Source: Burkholderiales bacterium (lineage in GTDB: Bacteria; Pseudomonadota; Gammaproteobacteria; Burkholderiales; SG8-39). Taken from it: a stretch of DNA of 64,000 bases. Positions 10,529 through 19,589 of the stretch are shown piece by piece (within the stretch, counting starts at the first letter, position 1; every line of letters begins with the position of its first letter). The stretch spans positions 19,342 to 83,341 of the forward strand of contig JBFFEY010000007.1 of NCBI GenBank assembly GCA_041558415.1, written 5' to 3'. Position numbers and translations under genes: made by a program. Below the pieces are notes generated by a model. That model was not told the origin of the DNA. It searched no databases and was given only the letters and a program-made list of their open reading frames with translations.

Positions 10529-11434
10529 GTGAATTACGTCGGACGCTTCGCACCCTCGCCCACCGGAGCGCTGCATTTCGGCTCGCTCGTCGCCGCGCTG
10601 GCGAGCTGGCTCGACGCGCGCGCCGCGGGGGGCAGCTGGCTCCTGCGCATGGAGGATCTCGACAAGCCGCGCGAGCAGCCGGGCGCGGCAGACGCGATCC
10701 TGCGCCAGCTCGAGGCGCTCGGCCTGGGCTGGGACGGCGCCGTGCTCTACCAGAGCAGGCGCGCGGCGCGCTACCGCGCCGCGCTCGAGCAGCTGGCGCG
10801 TGCCGGGCTGACCTATCCCTGCGGCTGCTCGCGGCGCGAGATCGCCGATTCCGCGCTCGGCATCGACGGCGCGCACATCTACCCCGGCACCTGCCGCAAC
10901 GGCCTGCCGCCCGGCAAGCCGGCGCGCGCCACGCGATTGCGCACGAGCGCCGAATCGATTCACTTCGTTGACCGCGTGCAGGGGGACTGTGTGCAGAACG
11001 TCGAGCGCGAAGTCGGTGACTTCGTCGTGCTGCGCGCCGACGCCCTGTTCGCCTATCAGCTTGCCGTCGTCGTCGACGACGCCGACCAGGGTGTCACCGA
11101 CGTGGTGCGCGGCGCCGACCTGCTCGACTCGACCGCGCGCCAGATCCTGCTGCAGCGCCGGCTCGGATTTTCCACGCCGCGCTACGCACACCTGCCGGTC
11201 GCGGTGAGCGCCGACGGCGACAAGCTCAGCAAGCAAACCGGCGCCGCGCCGGTCGACGCGGCGCACGGCGCCGTGGTGCTCGCGCGCGTGCTGCTGTTTC
11301 TCGGACATCCGCCGCCGGTCGACCTGCCGCCCGCCGAGCTGCTGACCTGGGCGCTCGCGCACTGGGACATGGCCCGCGTGCCGCGCGCGCGGGCGCTTAC
11401 GGCGCCGCAGGAAATCGAGCGACGCCGGGCATAG
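10529..11434 (+). CDS. gluQ: Glutamyl-queuosine tRNA(Asp) synthetase
   Basis: GRFAPSPTGALHFGS, CGCSR, YQLAVVVDD, KLSKQ; lacks the anticodon-binding domain. Confidence 0.93.
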   Translation: MNYVGRFAPSPTGALHFGSLVAALASWLDARAAGGSWLLRMEDLDKPREQPGAADAILRQLEALGLGWDGAVLYQSRRAARYRAALEQLARAGLTYPCGCSRREIADSALGIDGAHIYPGTCRNGLPPGKPARATRLRTSAESIHFVDRVQGDCVQNVEREVGDFVVLRADALFAYQLAVVVDDADQGVTDVVRGADLLDSTARQILLQRRLGFSTPRYAHLPVAVSADGDKLSKQTGAAPVDAAHGAVVLARVLLFLGHPPPVDLPPAELLTWALAHWDMARVPRARALTAPQEIERRRA

Positions 11435-11518
11435 CCGCCTTGCCCAGGCGCCGAGGCGGCGCGCCGACCGGGGCGCAGGCCGTTGAGCGGCCTGGTGCAT
11501 TGCAGCACCAGCTTACTT

Positions 11519-11552
11519 TTGCCTTGCTTATCGTAAGCTAGGCAACTAATAT
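11519..11552 (+). promoter_or_regulatory. MarR operator (inverted repeat) overlapping promoter of marR-family gene
   Basis: TTGCCT-T-GCTTA-TCG-TAAGC-T-AGGCAA (11519-11545); TTGCTT-N17-TAATAT, ATG follows after a 6-nt gap. Confidence 0.6.
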
Positions 11553-11558
11553 GGCGGC

Positions 11559-12038
11559 ATGTTCCGCGAGGACCTGTCGCGCAACTTCGGCTTCCTGCTG
11601 AACGACGTCGCCCGGCTGCTGCGCACCACCTACGACCGGCGCGTCAAGTCGCTCGGCCTGACGCGCTCGCAGTGGTGGGTGCTCACGCACCTGTTCCGCG
11701 CGCAGGGCGTCACGCAGTCCGAGCTGGCCGAAGTGCTGGAGATCGAGAAACCGACGCTCGGCCGCCTGCTCGACCGGTTGGAGGCCAAGGGCTGGATCCG
11801 GCGCGAGCACGACGCAAACGACCGCCGCGCCTGGCGCGTCTACCTCTCGGAGTCGGCCGAGCCAGCGATGAAGACCATGCGCGCGGTCGCGGCCGAGGTG
11901 CGGCGCGACGCGATGGCCGGGTTGTCGGCCGACGACCGCGAGCGATTCGTCGACCTGCTGATCGCCGTGAAGTCGAACCTGCAGCGTCCGGACGCCGGCG
12001 CGCGCAACGGCGCACGCAGCGGCACACGGGAGAGCTGA
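11559..12038 (+). CDS. MarR/SlyA family regulator
   Basis: GLTRSQW, TQSELAE, LDRLE..GWI.R, DRRA winged-helix pattern. Confidence 0.92.
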   Translation: MFREDLSRNFGFLLNDVARLLRTTYDRRVKSLGLTRSQWWVLTHLFRAQGVTQSELAEVLEIEKPTLGRLLDRLEAKGWIRREHDANDRRAWRVYLSESAEPAMKTMRAVAAEVRRDAMAGLSADDRERFVDLLIAVKSNLQRPDAGARNGARSGTRES

Positions 12039-12039
12039 C

Positions 12040-13173
12040 ATGGCGATGACCGCTGCCCTTGCGCGCCTGCGTCTGGTCTCCAGGCTCGTGTTGCTGATCG
12101 TCGTGCCGCTGGTCGTCGTCGCCATCGCCCTGGCCCTGTACGCGCGCGGCGGGCGGCACGTGGAAACCGACAACGCCTACGTCAAGGCGCACATCGTCGC
12201 CGTCAGCGCCGACGTCGCCGGCCCGGTGATCGAAGTCGGCGTGCTCGACCATGAGCGCGTCGAGGCCGGCCGGCTGCTGTTTCGCATCGACCCGGCGCCG
12301 TTCCAGGTCGAGGTCGAGCGCGCGGAGGCGCAGATGGCGGTGGTCAAGACCGAGATCGAGTCGCTGCGCGCCGAGTACCGCGTCGCCATGGCCGACGCCA
12401 AGGAGGCCGAGGCGCGCATCCGCTTCCTGCGCCGCCAGGTCGAGCGCCAGGCGCAGCTCAAGGCGCGCGGCATGACGCGCGAGGAGCAGTACGACGAGGC
12501 GCGGCTCAACCTGGAGACCGCGCGCCAGCGGCTCGATGCGATCAACGAGCGCGCCGCACGCATCGTGGCGAGCCTCGGCGGCGAGGTCGATCGCCCGCTC
12601 GAGCAGCACCCACGCTATCAGCAGGCGAAGGCGGCGCGTGACGCCGCGCAGCTCGACCTCGCGCGCACGCGCGTCGTTGCGCCCGCGCCCGGCGTCGTCA
12701 GCAACATGAAGCTGCAGCCCGGCGAGCACGTCGCCAAGGGCGTGCCGGTGTTCAGCCTGATCGAGAGCGGCCCCGTCTGGGTGGAGGCGAACTTCAAGGA
12801 AACGCAGCTCACGCACATGCGCGAGGGGCAGCGCGCGACGATCGTCGCCGACGCCTACCCGGACCACGAATGGCGCGCCACCGTGCGCACCATCTCGCCG
12901 GCGACCGGTGCCGAGTTCGCCGTGCTGCCGCCGCAGAACGCGACCGGCAACTGGGTAAAGATCGTGCAGCGCGTCCCGGTTCAGTTCGGCATCGAGCTGC
13001 GCGCCGGTGACCCGCCGCTGCGCGCAGGCATGACGGTCACGGTCAGCGTCGACACCGGCCGTTCCCGCGGTCTGCCCGATCTGGTGCGGCGCCTGCTCGG
13101 CAACGGCGCGGTGCCGGGCTTCGTGCGCGACTGGCTGCGCGGCCCGCGCAGCGCGCATCACGCCGCGCGCTGA
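12040..13173 (+). CDS. HlyD/EmrA family membrane fusion protein
   Basis: TDNAYV, ANFKETQL, PATGAEFAVLPPQNATGNWVKIVQRVPV signature. Confidence 0.93.
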   Translation: MAMTAALARLRLVSRLVLLIVVPLVVVAIALALYARGGRHVETDNAYVKAHIVAVSADVAGPVIEVGVLDHERVEAGRLLFRIDPAPFQVEVERAEAQMAVVKTEIESLRAEYRVAMADAKEAEARIRFLRRQVERQAQLKARGMTREEQYDEARLNLETARQRLDAINERAARIVASLGGEVDRPLEQHPRYQQAKAARDAAQLDLARTRVVAPAPGVVSNMKLQPGEHVAKGVPVFSLIESGPVWVEANFKETQLTHMREGQRATIVADAYPDHEWRATVRTISPATGAEFAVLPPQNATGNWVKIVQRVPVQFGIELRAGDPPLRAGMTVTVSVDTGRSRGLPDLVRRLLGNGAVPGFVRDWLRGPRSAHHAAR

Positions 13174-13283
13174 TCCGGCACGTCGCACGGCGACGGCGAA
13201 TTGCGCGTCGCCCCGGTGACCCGCGGCAGCGAGATCGGTGGCGCGGCCGATACAATGCCCGCAGGCAACCGCGAGGCAAGCCC

Positions 13284-14378
13284 GTGAAGATCACCCGCGT
13301 CGAAGCCGTTCCGCTCGCCATTCCCTTCAGCTACGGCGCCGAGGCGATGACGCTCGGCACGGGTGCCTGGAAGCAGCTCGATTTCTGTCTGGTGCGCGTC
13401 GACACCGATCAGGGCATCACCGGCTGGGGCGAGGCCTTCGCCTACACCTGCCGGCGCGCCACGGTCGCCGCCGTCAACGACATGATCGCGCCGCTGGCGC
13501 TCAACCACGATGCGCGCGACATCGCCGGCCTGACGGCGAAGATCCAGAAACAGCTGCACATCTTCGGACGTTACGGCATCACCGCGTTCGCGCTCTCCGG
13601 CCTGGACATCGCACTGTGGGACATTGCCGGCAAGGCCGCTGGACTGCCGCTGCACCGCCTGATCGGCGGCGCGGCACACAGCCGGCTGGATTGCTACGCC
13701 AGCCTGCTGCGCTACGCCGATCCGAAGCTCGTCGCCGAGTACAGCGCGCGCGCCCTGAGCGAGGGCTTCGCAGCGATCAAGCTGCACGAAATCAGTGACC
13801 CGGCGGTGGCCGCGGCGCGCCGCGCGCTCGGTGACGGCGTGCCGCTGCTCGTCGACGTCAACTGCGAATGGCGGCCCACGGAGGCGATCGAGATGGGGCG
13901 CCGCTTCCGCGCCCACGACCTCAGCTGGTTCGAGGAACCGGTGTTTCCGCCCGAGGACTTCCGCGCGCTGCGCGAGGTCGGCGCGGCCTGTGGCCTGCCG
14001 ATCGCCGCCGGCGAAAATGTCTGCTTCGCCACCCAGTTCCAGGCGCTGCTCGAGGCGCGCGCGGTGCAGGTCGCGCAACCCTCGGTGACCAAGGTCGGCG
14101 GCGTGAGCGAATTTCTCAAGGTGATGGCACTGGCGCAGACACTCAACGTGCGGCTCGCGCCGCACTCGCCGTATTTCGGGCCGGGTGCGCTGGCGACGCT
14201 GCAGCTGCTCGCGACGTACGGCGAACCGGCGTGGTTCGAGTATTTCTACCTCTGGCCCGAGGCCAAGCCTTACGCCGGTGCGCTCGACCCGGTGAACGGC
14301 GTGCTCGAAGTGCCGCAGGGCCCGGGGCTGGGGCTCGACCCGGACCCCGAGGTCGTTCGGCGCTACCGCGTCGACTGA
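13284..14378 (+). CDS. Mandelate racemase/muconate lactonizing enzyme family protein
   Basis: SGLDIALWDIAGK; metal ligands in LVDVN, WFEEP, AGEN. Confidence 0.9.
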   Translation: MKITRVEAVPLAIPFSYGAEAMTLGTGAWKQLDFCLVRVDTDQGITGWGEAFAYTCRRATVAAVNDMIAPLALNHDARDIAGLTAKIQKQLHIFGRYGITAFALSGLDIALWDIAGKAAGLPLHRLIGGAAHSRLDCYASLLRYADPKLVAEYSARALSEGFAAIKLHEISDPAVAAARRALGDGVPLLVDVNCEWRPTEAIEMGRRFRAHDLSWFEEPVFPPEDFRALREVGAACGLPIAAGENVCFATQFQALLEARAVQVAQPSVTKVGGVSEFLKVMALAQTLNVRLAPHSPYFGPGALATLQLLATYGEPAWFEYFYLWPEAKPYAGALDPVNGVLEVPQGPGLGLDPDPEVVRRYRVD

Positions 14379-14392
14379 GCGCCGGCAGGGCG

Positions 14393-15616
14393 TCAGGCGC
14401 TCACCGCGGCGCGAGGTCCGCGCATAGGCGGCAGGCGACTGACGAGCGCAAGCCCGGTGAGCGCCAGGCCGAGCAGCACGCCGAAGGCGATCCGGTAGCT
14501 GCCGGTCGCATCGAACACCGCGCCGGCCGCGAGCGGCCCGATTGCGCCGCCGATCGAGCCGCACATCAGCACGATACCGAACAGCGCGCCATGCGCACGC
14601 GTGCCGAAGAATTCAGCCACGGTGGGCGACATGACGGTGAAAAATCCGCCATGCGCCGCGCCGTACACGGCAGCGAAGGCGAACAGCATCCACGGCGTGC
14701 TGGCGATCTGCAGCCACAGCAGGCTGGCGATGAGCGCCACGTAGCAGCCCATCAGCGCGCGCCGTCCGCCGATGCGGTCGATCGCGGCGCCCACGGCGAG
14801 CCGACCGAGCACACTGACGCCTCCGATCGCGGAGATCACGCCGGCCGCCAGTGCGCGCGGTGCGCCGAGGTCGATGGCGTGCGGCACGATGTGGATCGTG
14901 ACGGTGATCAGGCAGGTAAAGACAAGAGCCTGCGAGCAGCACAGGACCCAGAACAGCGGCGAACGCGACGCGGCACCAAGATGCGGGTCGGACGGTGGCG
15001 GTCCGAGCGAACCAGAGCCTGCGGTCCCGGCAGCGCCATCGGCCTGCAGGCCCATGCTCTGGGGATCGGGGCGCATCACCTGCGCCGCCGCCGCGAGCAG
15101 CAGCAACGCCGTCGCACCGAACAACGTGCAGGCCGTGCGCCAGTCGAAAGCCACGACCAGCGCCGCGACCGCCAGCGGCACCAGCAGCTGTCCGCAGCCG
15201 GTGCCGACCTTGACCACCGCGGAAGCCATGCCGCGACGCCGCGTGAACCAGCGCGCGACAGTCGAGAGCGTGACGACGTCGTGCGTGCTCATTCCGATGC
15301 CCACCAGCAGGCCGTAAATGGCGAACAGCTGCCAGGGCGCCTGCAGCTGCGCGAACAGCAGGTAGCCGAGCCCGTAAAAGATCGCGGAGGCGGTCAGCAG
15401 CCAGCGCGGCCCGATCTTGTCGTTCAGCCGGCCGGCGGCCACCGCCATGAAGCCCATGACGAGCAGACTCACGGACGATGCGCCGGCGATCGTCGCGCGC
15501 GACCAGCCGAACTCGGCCTCCAGCTCCTTGAACAGGACGCCATAGGCGAAGTTGCCGCCGATCGTCACACCCTGGATCAGGAACGAGGCCGCGATGATGC
15601 GGTAGCCGTAGTACAC
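14393..15616 (-). CDS. MFS transporter (OFA/MCT-like)
   Basis: About 12 hydrophobic segments, GRLNDKIGPR and AIDRIGGR motif A. Confidence 0.88.
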   Translation of the reverse strand: MYYGYRIIAASFLIQGVTIGGNFAYGVLFKELEAEFGWSRATIAGASSVSLLVMGFMAVAAGRLNDKIGPRWLLTASAIFYGLGYLLFAQLQAPWQLFAIYGLLVGIGMSTHDVVTLSTVARWFTRRRGMASAVVKVGTGCGQLLVPLAVAALVVAFDWRTACTLFGATALLLLAAAAQVMRPDPQSMGLQADGAAGTAGSGSLGPPPSDPHLGAASRSPLFWVLCCSQALVFTCLITVTIHIVPHAIDLGAPRALAAGVISAIGGVSVLGRLAVGAAIDRIGGRRALMGCYVALIASLLWLQIASTPWMLFAFAAVYGAAHGGFFTVMSPTVAEFFGTRAHGALFGIVLMCGSIGGAIGPLAAGAVFDATGSYRIAFGVLLGLALTGLALVSRLPPMRGPRAAVSA

Positions 15617-15642
15617 GCCGCGCCTGCCGTCAGCCTGGAGGC

Positions 15643-16323
15643 TCAGGCCGTCTGCGCCACGAGCGCCCGTACCCGCCGCTCGAGCGCCTCGAGACGCCGA
15701 TCGTGGATGCCAAGCTCGCGCAGGTGGGCGGCCGTATCGAACAGGTAGTCCGCGCAGCAGCCGAGCGGTCCCGCGCCGGTGGCGAGGTACTGCGCGGTGG
15801 CGTCCTCGCCCAGCTCGCGCACGTAGCGCTCATGCGCGCGGTTCACCGCGAAGGCGACGGCGTGCTCGAGGCCGCGCGGCGTGCGCAGCGCGACCCACAC
15901 CGGGCGGTAGGCCATGGTGAGCATCTCGCGGCGCCACACCACGTCGAGCTCGGTGGCGGCATGCTTCGGATGCAGGCGGAAGCCGACACCCTGGCAGCTG
16001 CCGCCGTGCTCCAGCGAAAGCATCAGCCCGGGCTTCTCCGGGCTGCCGCGCCCAGCGCGCGCCCACAGGCAGAACTGGCGGTGGTAGCCGTGCACGCGCG
16101 CGGTGCGCCGCTCGGCGAAATGGAACGCCGGGTTCCACATCAACGAGCCGTAGCCGAACACCCAGATGCGTTCCGGGTGCGGCGCCCGCGCGATGACCTC
16201 ATGGATCTGTCGGTGGCGCTCCTCGGCCGTCATGAAGCGCGTGCCGGCGCCGAGCAGCGCGCGCGCCGAGTCGTGCAGCGCGCCGCTCAGGATGCTTTCG
16301 CGCGTCAGCTTGAGCGAGGTCAT
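15643..16323 (-). CDS. chaC: Glutathione-specific gamma-glutamylcyclotransferase (ChaC family)
   Basis: WVFGYGSLMW, GRGSPEKPGL, RREM motifs. Confidence 0.88.
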   Translation of the reverse strand: MTSLKLTRESILSGALHDSARALLGAGTRFMTAEERHRQIHEVIARAPHPERIWVFGYGSLMWNPAFHFAERRTARVHGYHRQFCLWARAGRGSPEKPGLMLSLEHGGSCQGVGFRLHPKHAATELDVVWRREMLTMAYRPVWVALRTPRGLEHAVAFAVNRAHERYVRELGEDATAQYLATGAGPLGCCADYLFDTAAHLRELGIHDRRLEALERRVRALVAQTA

Positions 16324-16349
16324 GACGGTGGGGATGCGCCCGCGTTCGC

Positions 16350-16706
16350 TCAGTCGTCCATCAGCTTGCGCAGCGTGTGGCGCCGGTTGCGCGTGTAGGG
16401 CCGCACCTCGCTCGGCCAGCGCCCGGCGTCGACCGCCTTGGCCCAGGCTTCGCTCGTCAGCACATCGGGACTCTCAAGCTCGTAGATCGCGCTGTACTTC
16501 GGCTCGCCTTCGGCGACGATGCTCTTCACCTCGCCGCCGATGAACATCTTCAGCGGCACGAGCACGTTGCGTGTCGCCGAGACCACGCCGGGCACCTTGG
16601 AAATGAGCGGGATGTGCTCGGTGTCGTAGACCTCGTTGAAGATCGCCTCCCGCTCGGGGTCGACGTCCATGCTCGCGATGAAGACGTACTTCGCTTTTCC
16701 GGCCAT
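16350..16706 (-). CDS. Conserved hypothetical dimeric alpha/beta barrel protein (EthD/DUF4286-like)
   Basis: FNEVYDTEHIP..VPGV and Y.AIYELESP pattern; RBS CAGGAG. Confidence 0.6.
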   Translation of the reverse strand: MAGKAKYVFIASMDVDPEREAIFNEVYDTEHIPLISKVPGVVSATRNVLVPLKMFIGGEVKSIVAEGEPKYSAIYELESPDVLTSEAWAKAVDAGRWPSEVRPYTRNRRHTLRKLMDD

Positions 16707-16794
16707 GCGCGCTCTCCTGTGCGTGTTCCGGCCGCGAGTCTACCGGTTGCCGCCCTCCGTTAGAATCGGCGCGTCGAAACCGGAGGAGCGTGCG

Positions 16795-17850
16795 ATGCGC
16801 GGCGTGGTGTTTCTCGGCGAGCGCGAGCTCGAGATTCGCGAATTCCCGGACCCGACGCCCGGGCCGGGCGAGGTGGTGCTCGAAATGAAGGCTTCGGGCA
16901 TGTGCGGCAGCGATCTGCATGCCTACCGCGCGGCGCGCAGCGGCGCGGGCATGGCCGGTGCGCTCGGCCTGGGCGGCAAGGGCGGCCCGGTGATCGCCGG
17001 CCACGAGCCCTGCGGCGTGGTCGCCGCGCGCGGCCCGGGCGTCACGGAAGCCGAGGCACCGATCGGTGCGCGCATGATGGACCACCATTACAGCGGCTGC
17101 GGCGTCTGCCCGCACTGCCGCGTCGGCTGGTCGCAGCTCTGCGGCAAGGGCATCACCGTCTACGGGGTAACGGGCCACGGCGGTCACGCGCAGTACCTCA
17201 AGGTGCCGGCGCGCACGCTGGTGCCGCTGCCCGAGGAACTTTCCTTTGAAGAGGGCGCGGCGGTGTCCTGCGGCACGGGTACGGCCTACGGCGCGCTGCG
17301 CCGCATGCAGACCTGCGGGCGTCACACGCTCGCCGTCTTCGGCCAGGGCCCGGTCGGCCTGTCGGCGGTACTGCTCGGCACGGCGATGGGCGCGCGCGTG
17401 ATCGCGATCGACATCGGCGAGGCGCGGCTCGCGCTGGCGAAGGACTTCGGCGCCGACGCGACGATCAACTCGAAGAACACCGATCCGGTGAAGGCGCTCA
17501 AGGACCTGACGCGCGGCGAAGGCGTCGACCTGGCGCTCGATTGCAGCGGCGCGGCGGAGGCGCGTGCGGCGACGGTGCGCAGCACGAAGACCTGGGGCAC
17601 GGCCTGCTTCGTCGGCGAAGGCGGCAACGTCACCCTGGAGGTGAGTCCGGACATGCTGCGTCGGCAAATCACCCTCATCGGCTCCTGGACCTTCTCCAGC
17701 GTCGGCCAGGGCGAGTGTGCGCGCTTCGTCGCCGACCGCAGGATCCCGCTCGCCAAGCTGATCACGCACCGCTTCAAGCTCGATCAGGCCGAGGAGGCCT
17801 ACCGGCTGTTCGACACCCAGACCACCGGCAAGGGCGTGTTCGTCTTCTAA
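16795..17850 (+). CDS. Zinc-dependent alcohol dehydrogenase (MDR family)
   Basis: CGSD, GHE, CGVCPHC..C structural Zn site, GQGPVG; RBS GGAGGAG before ATG 16795. Confidence 0.92.
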   Translation: MRGVVFLGERELEIREFPDPTPGPGEVVLEMKASGMCGSDLHAYRAARSGAGMAGALGLGGKGGPVIAGHEPCGVVAARGPGVTEAEAPIGARMMDHHYSGCGVCPHCRVGWSQLCGKGITVYGVTGHGGHAQYLKVPARTLVPLPEELSFEEGAAVSCGTGTAYGALRRMQTCGRHTLAVFGQGPVGLSAVLLGTAMGARVIAIDIGEARLALAKDFGADATINSKNTDPVKALKDLTRGEGVDLALDCSGAAEARAATVRSTKTWGTACFVGEGGNVTLEVSPDMLRRQITLIGSWTFSSVGQGECARFVADRRIPLAKLITHRFKLDQAEEAYRLFDTQTTGKGVFVF

Positions 17851-17870
17851 GCGAGCGCCCCGGGGGTCGC

Positions 17871-17912
17871 TTGATGTAGCTCAAGTGCCCCGGCAGAGCG
17901 CTCTGGCAGCGT
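17871..17912 (+). promoter_or_regulatory. FNR-type class II promoter: TTGAT-GTAG-CTCAA plus extended -10 TG-n-CAGCGT
   Basis: 9/10 match to TTGAT-N4-ATCAA; centre 17877.5 is -41.5 from the start site (17919) predicted from the -10; RBS GGGAGG then ATG 17937. Confidence 0.65.
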
Positions 17913-17936
17913 GGGCCCTCGGCACCGGGAGGGTTC

Positions 17937-19589
17937 ATGCTCGCAGGCTGCACGCCCTGGCCTGAAACGTTCGCCCGTCGTTACCGCGCGCGCGGCTACT
18001 GGGAAGGCATCACGATCCCAGGGGCACTTGCCGCCGCGGCGGCCGTGCGCCCCGACAAGATTGCGCTGGTGCACGGCGCCGAGCGCGTCAGCTACGCCCA
18101 GCTCATGGAACGCATCGAGCGCCTCGCCGCGCGCTTCGTGCACGCCGGGCTCAGGCCGCTCGACCGCGTGGTGCTGCAGCTGCCAAACGTTCCCGAGTTC
18201 GTCACCGCCTACTTCGCGCTGATCCGCGCCGGCGCCATCCCGGTCATGGCGCTGCGCGCGCACCGCCACACCGAGGTGAAGCATTTCATCACCTCGGCCG
18301 GCGCCGTGGGCTACGTCATCCCCGACCGTTTGCGCGAGTTCGACTACCGGGCCATGGCCGAGGAAATGCGCGGCGTCTGCCCGACCCTCAAGCAGGTGTT
18401 CGTCGCCGGCGAACCGCTCGCGGGACAGACGGCGCTCGGCGAACTGCTCGAGGCACCGATGGCCGCCGCCGATGCACGCGCAACGCTCGCCGCCGTCGAT
18501 CCCGACCCAGGCGAAGTGGCGCTGATGCTGCTCTCGGGCGGCACCACCTCGCTTTCCAAGCTGATCCCGCGCACGCACGACGACTATGTCTACAACGCCA
18601 AGCAGTGCGGGCGACTGGCCGCCTTCGACGAGGACACGGTGCTGATGCCAATCCTGCCGCTGGCGCACAACTACAACCTCGCCTCGCCCGGCATGATGGC
18701 GGCGCTCTACGCGGGCGGCACCGTGGTGCTGGCGCCGTCTGGCGACGCGGAGACCGTGTTTGCGCTCGTCGAGCGCGAGCGCGTCTCGGTCATTCCGGCC
18801 GCGGTGCCGCTCATCTCGGCCTGGCTCAACTCGCAGGTGCCCGAGCAGCACGACCTCTCCTCGCTGCGCGTGGTGCAGAACGGCGGCGCGCGCCTCGCGC
18901 CCGAGCTGCGCGCGCGGCTGCAAGAGCGCCTCGGCTGCCGCGCGCAGGAGATCTACGGTACGGCGGAAGGGCTCATCAGCATGGTGCGCCTCGACGCCGA
19001 CGAGGAAGCGGTGCTGGAGAGCTCCGGCCTGCCGATCTGCGACGACGACGAGATCCGCGTGCTCGGCGACGACGACCGCGAGCTGCCCGACGGCACGCCG
19101 GGCGAGCTCTGCGTGCGCGGGCCCTACACCATCTGCGGCTATTACAATGCGCCGGAAAAGAACCGCGAGGCGTTCACGCGCGACGGCTTCTACCGCATGG
19201 GCGACATCGTGCGCAAGCGCGGGCGGCAGCTCTACACCGAGGGCCGGCGCAAGGACATCATCAACCGCGGCGGCGAGAAGATCAGCTGCGACGAGGTCGA
19301 GAACTACATCTTCGGCCACCCGAAGGTGAAGTCCGTCACCCTGGTAGCGATGCCCGACGAGACTTTCGGCGAGAAGGCCTGCGCCTTCGTCATCCCGAAG
19401 CCGGGCGAGACGCTCGGTTTCGACGAACTGATCGGTTTTCTGCGAGCCAAGCGCATCGCCAGCTTCAAGCTGCCCGAGCGGCTGGAAATCGTAGAAGAAT
19501 TCCCCACCAGCCCGGTCGGCAAGATCCTCAAGCGCGAGCTGCGCGAGCGCATCGCCGCGCAGATCGAGAGGGAGAAAGGACGCGCATGA
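17937..19589 (+). CDS. DhbE/EntE-like aryl acid adenylating enzyme (hydroxybenzoate-AMP/CoA ligase)
   Basis: LSGGTTSLSKLIPRTHDDY, PLAHNYNLASPG, YGTAEG, RGPYTI, GFYRMGD, INRGGEKI, A10 Lys in VGKILK. Confidence 0.88.
   Translation: MLAGCTPWPETFARRYRARGYWEGITIPGALAAAAAVRPDKIALVHGAERVSYAQLMERIERLAARFVHAGLRPLDRVVLQLPNVPEFVTAYFALIRAGAIPVMALRAHRHTEVKHFITSAGAVGYVIPDRLREFDYRAMAEEMRGVCPTLKQVFVAGEPLAGQTALGELLEAPMAAADARATLAAVDPDPGEVALMLLSGGTTSLSKLIPRTHDDYVYNAKQCGRLAAFDEDTVLMPILPLAHNYNLASPGMMAALYAGGTVVLAPSGDAETVFALVERERVSVIPAAVPLISAWLNSQVPEQHDLSSLRVVQNGGARLAPELRARLQERLGCRAQEIYGTAEGLISMVRLDADEEAVLESSGLPICDDDEIRVLGDDDRELPDGTPGELCVRGPYTICGYYNAPEKNREAFTRDGFYRMGDIVRKRGRQLYTEGRRKDIINRGGEKISCDEVENYIFGHPKVKSVTLVAMPDETFGEKACAFVIPKPGETLGFDELIGFLRAKRIASFKLPERLEIVEEFPTSPVGKILKRELRERIAAQIEREKGRA

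Noticed and set aside
11492-11520. PhaR-like TGCATTGCA box upstream of marR
   Set aside because: Better explained as part of a hairpin (CTGGTGC...GCACCAG followed by T-rich bases) after gluQ; single copy only.
18605-19585. Apparent long N-terminal extension of the OYE ORF (984 aa in the track)
   Set aside because: Overlaps the ligase in another frame; the real start is ATG 19586 with an AAGGA RBS and ATGA coupling.
17937-19589. Catechol siderophore biosynthesis cluster
   Set aside because: No isochorismatase, carrier protein, NRPS, TonB receptor or Fur-box-like sequence nearby.
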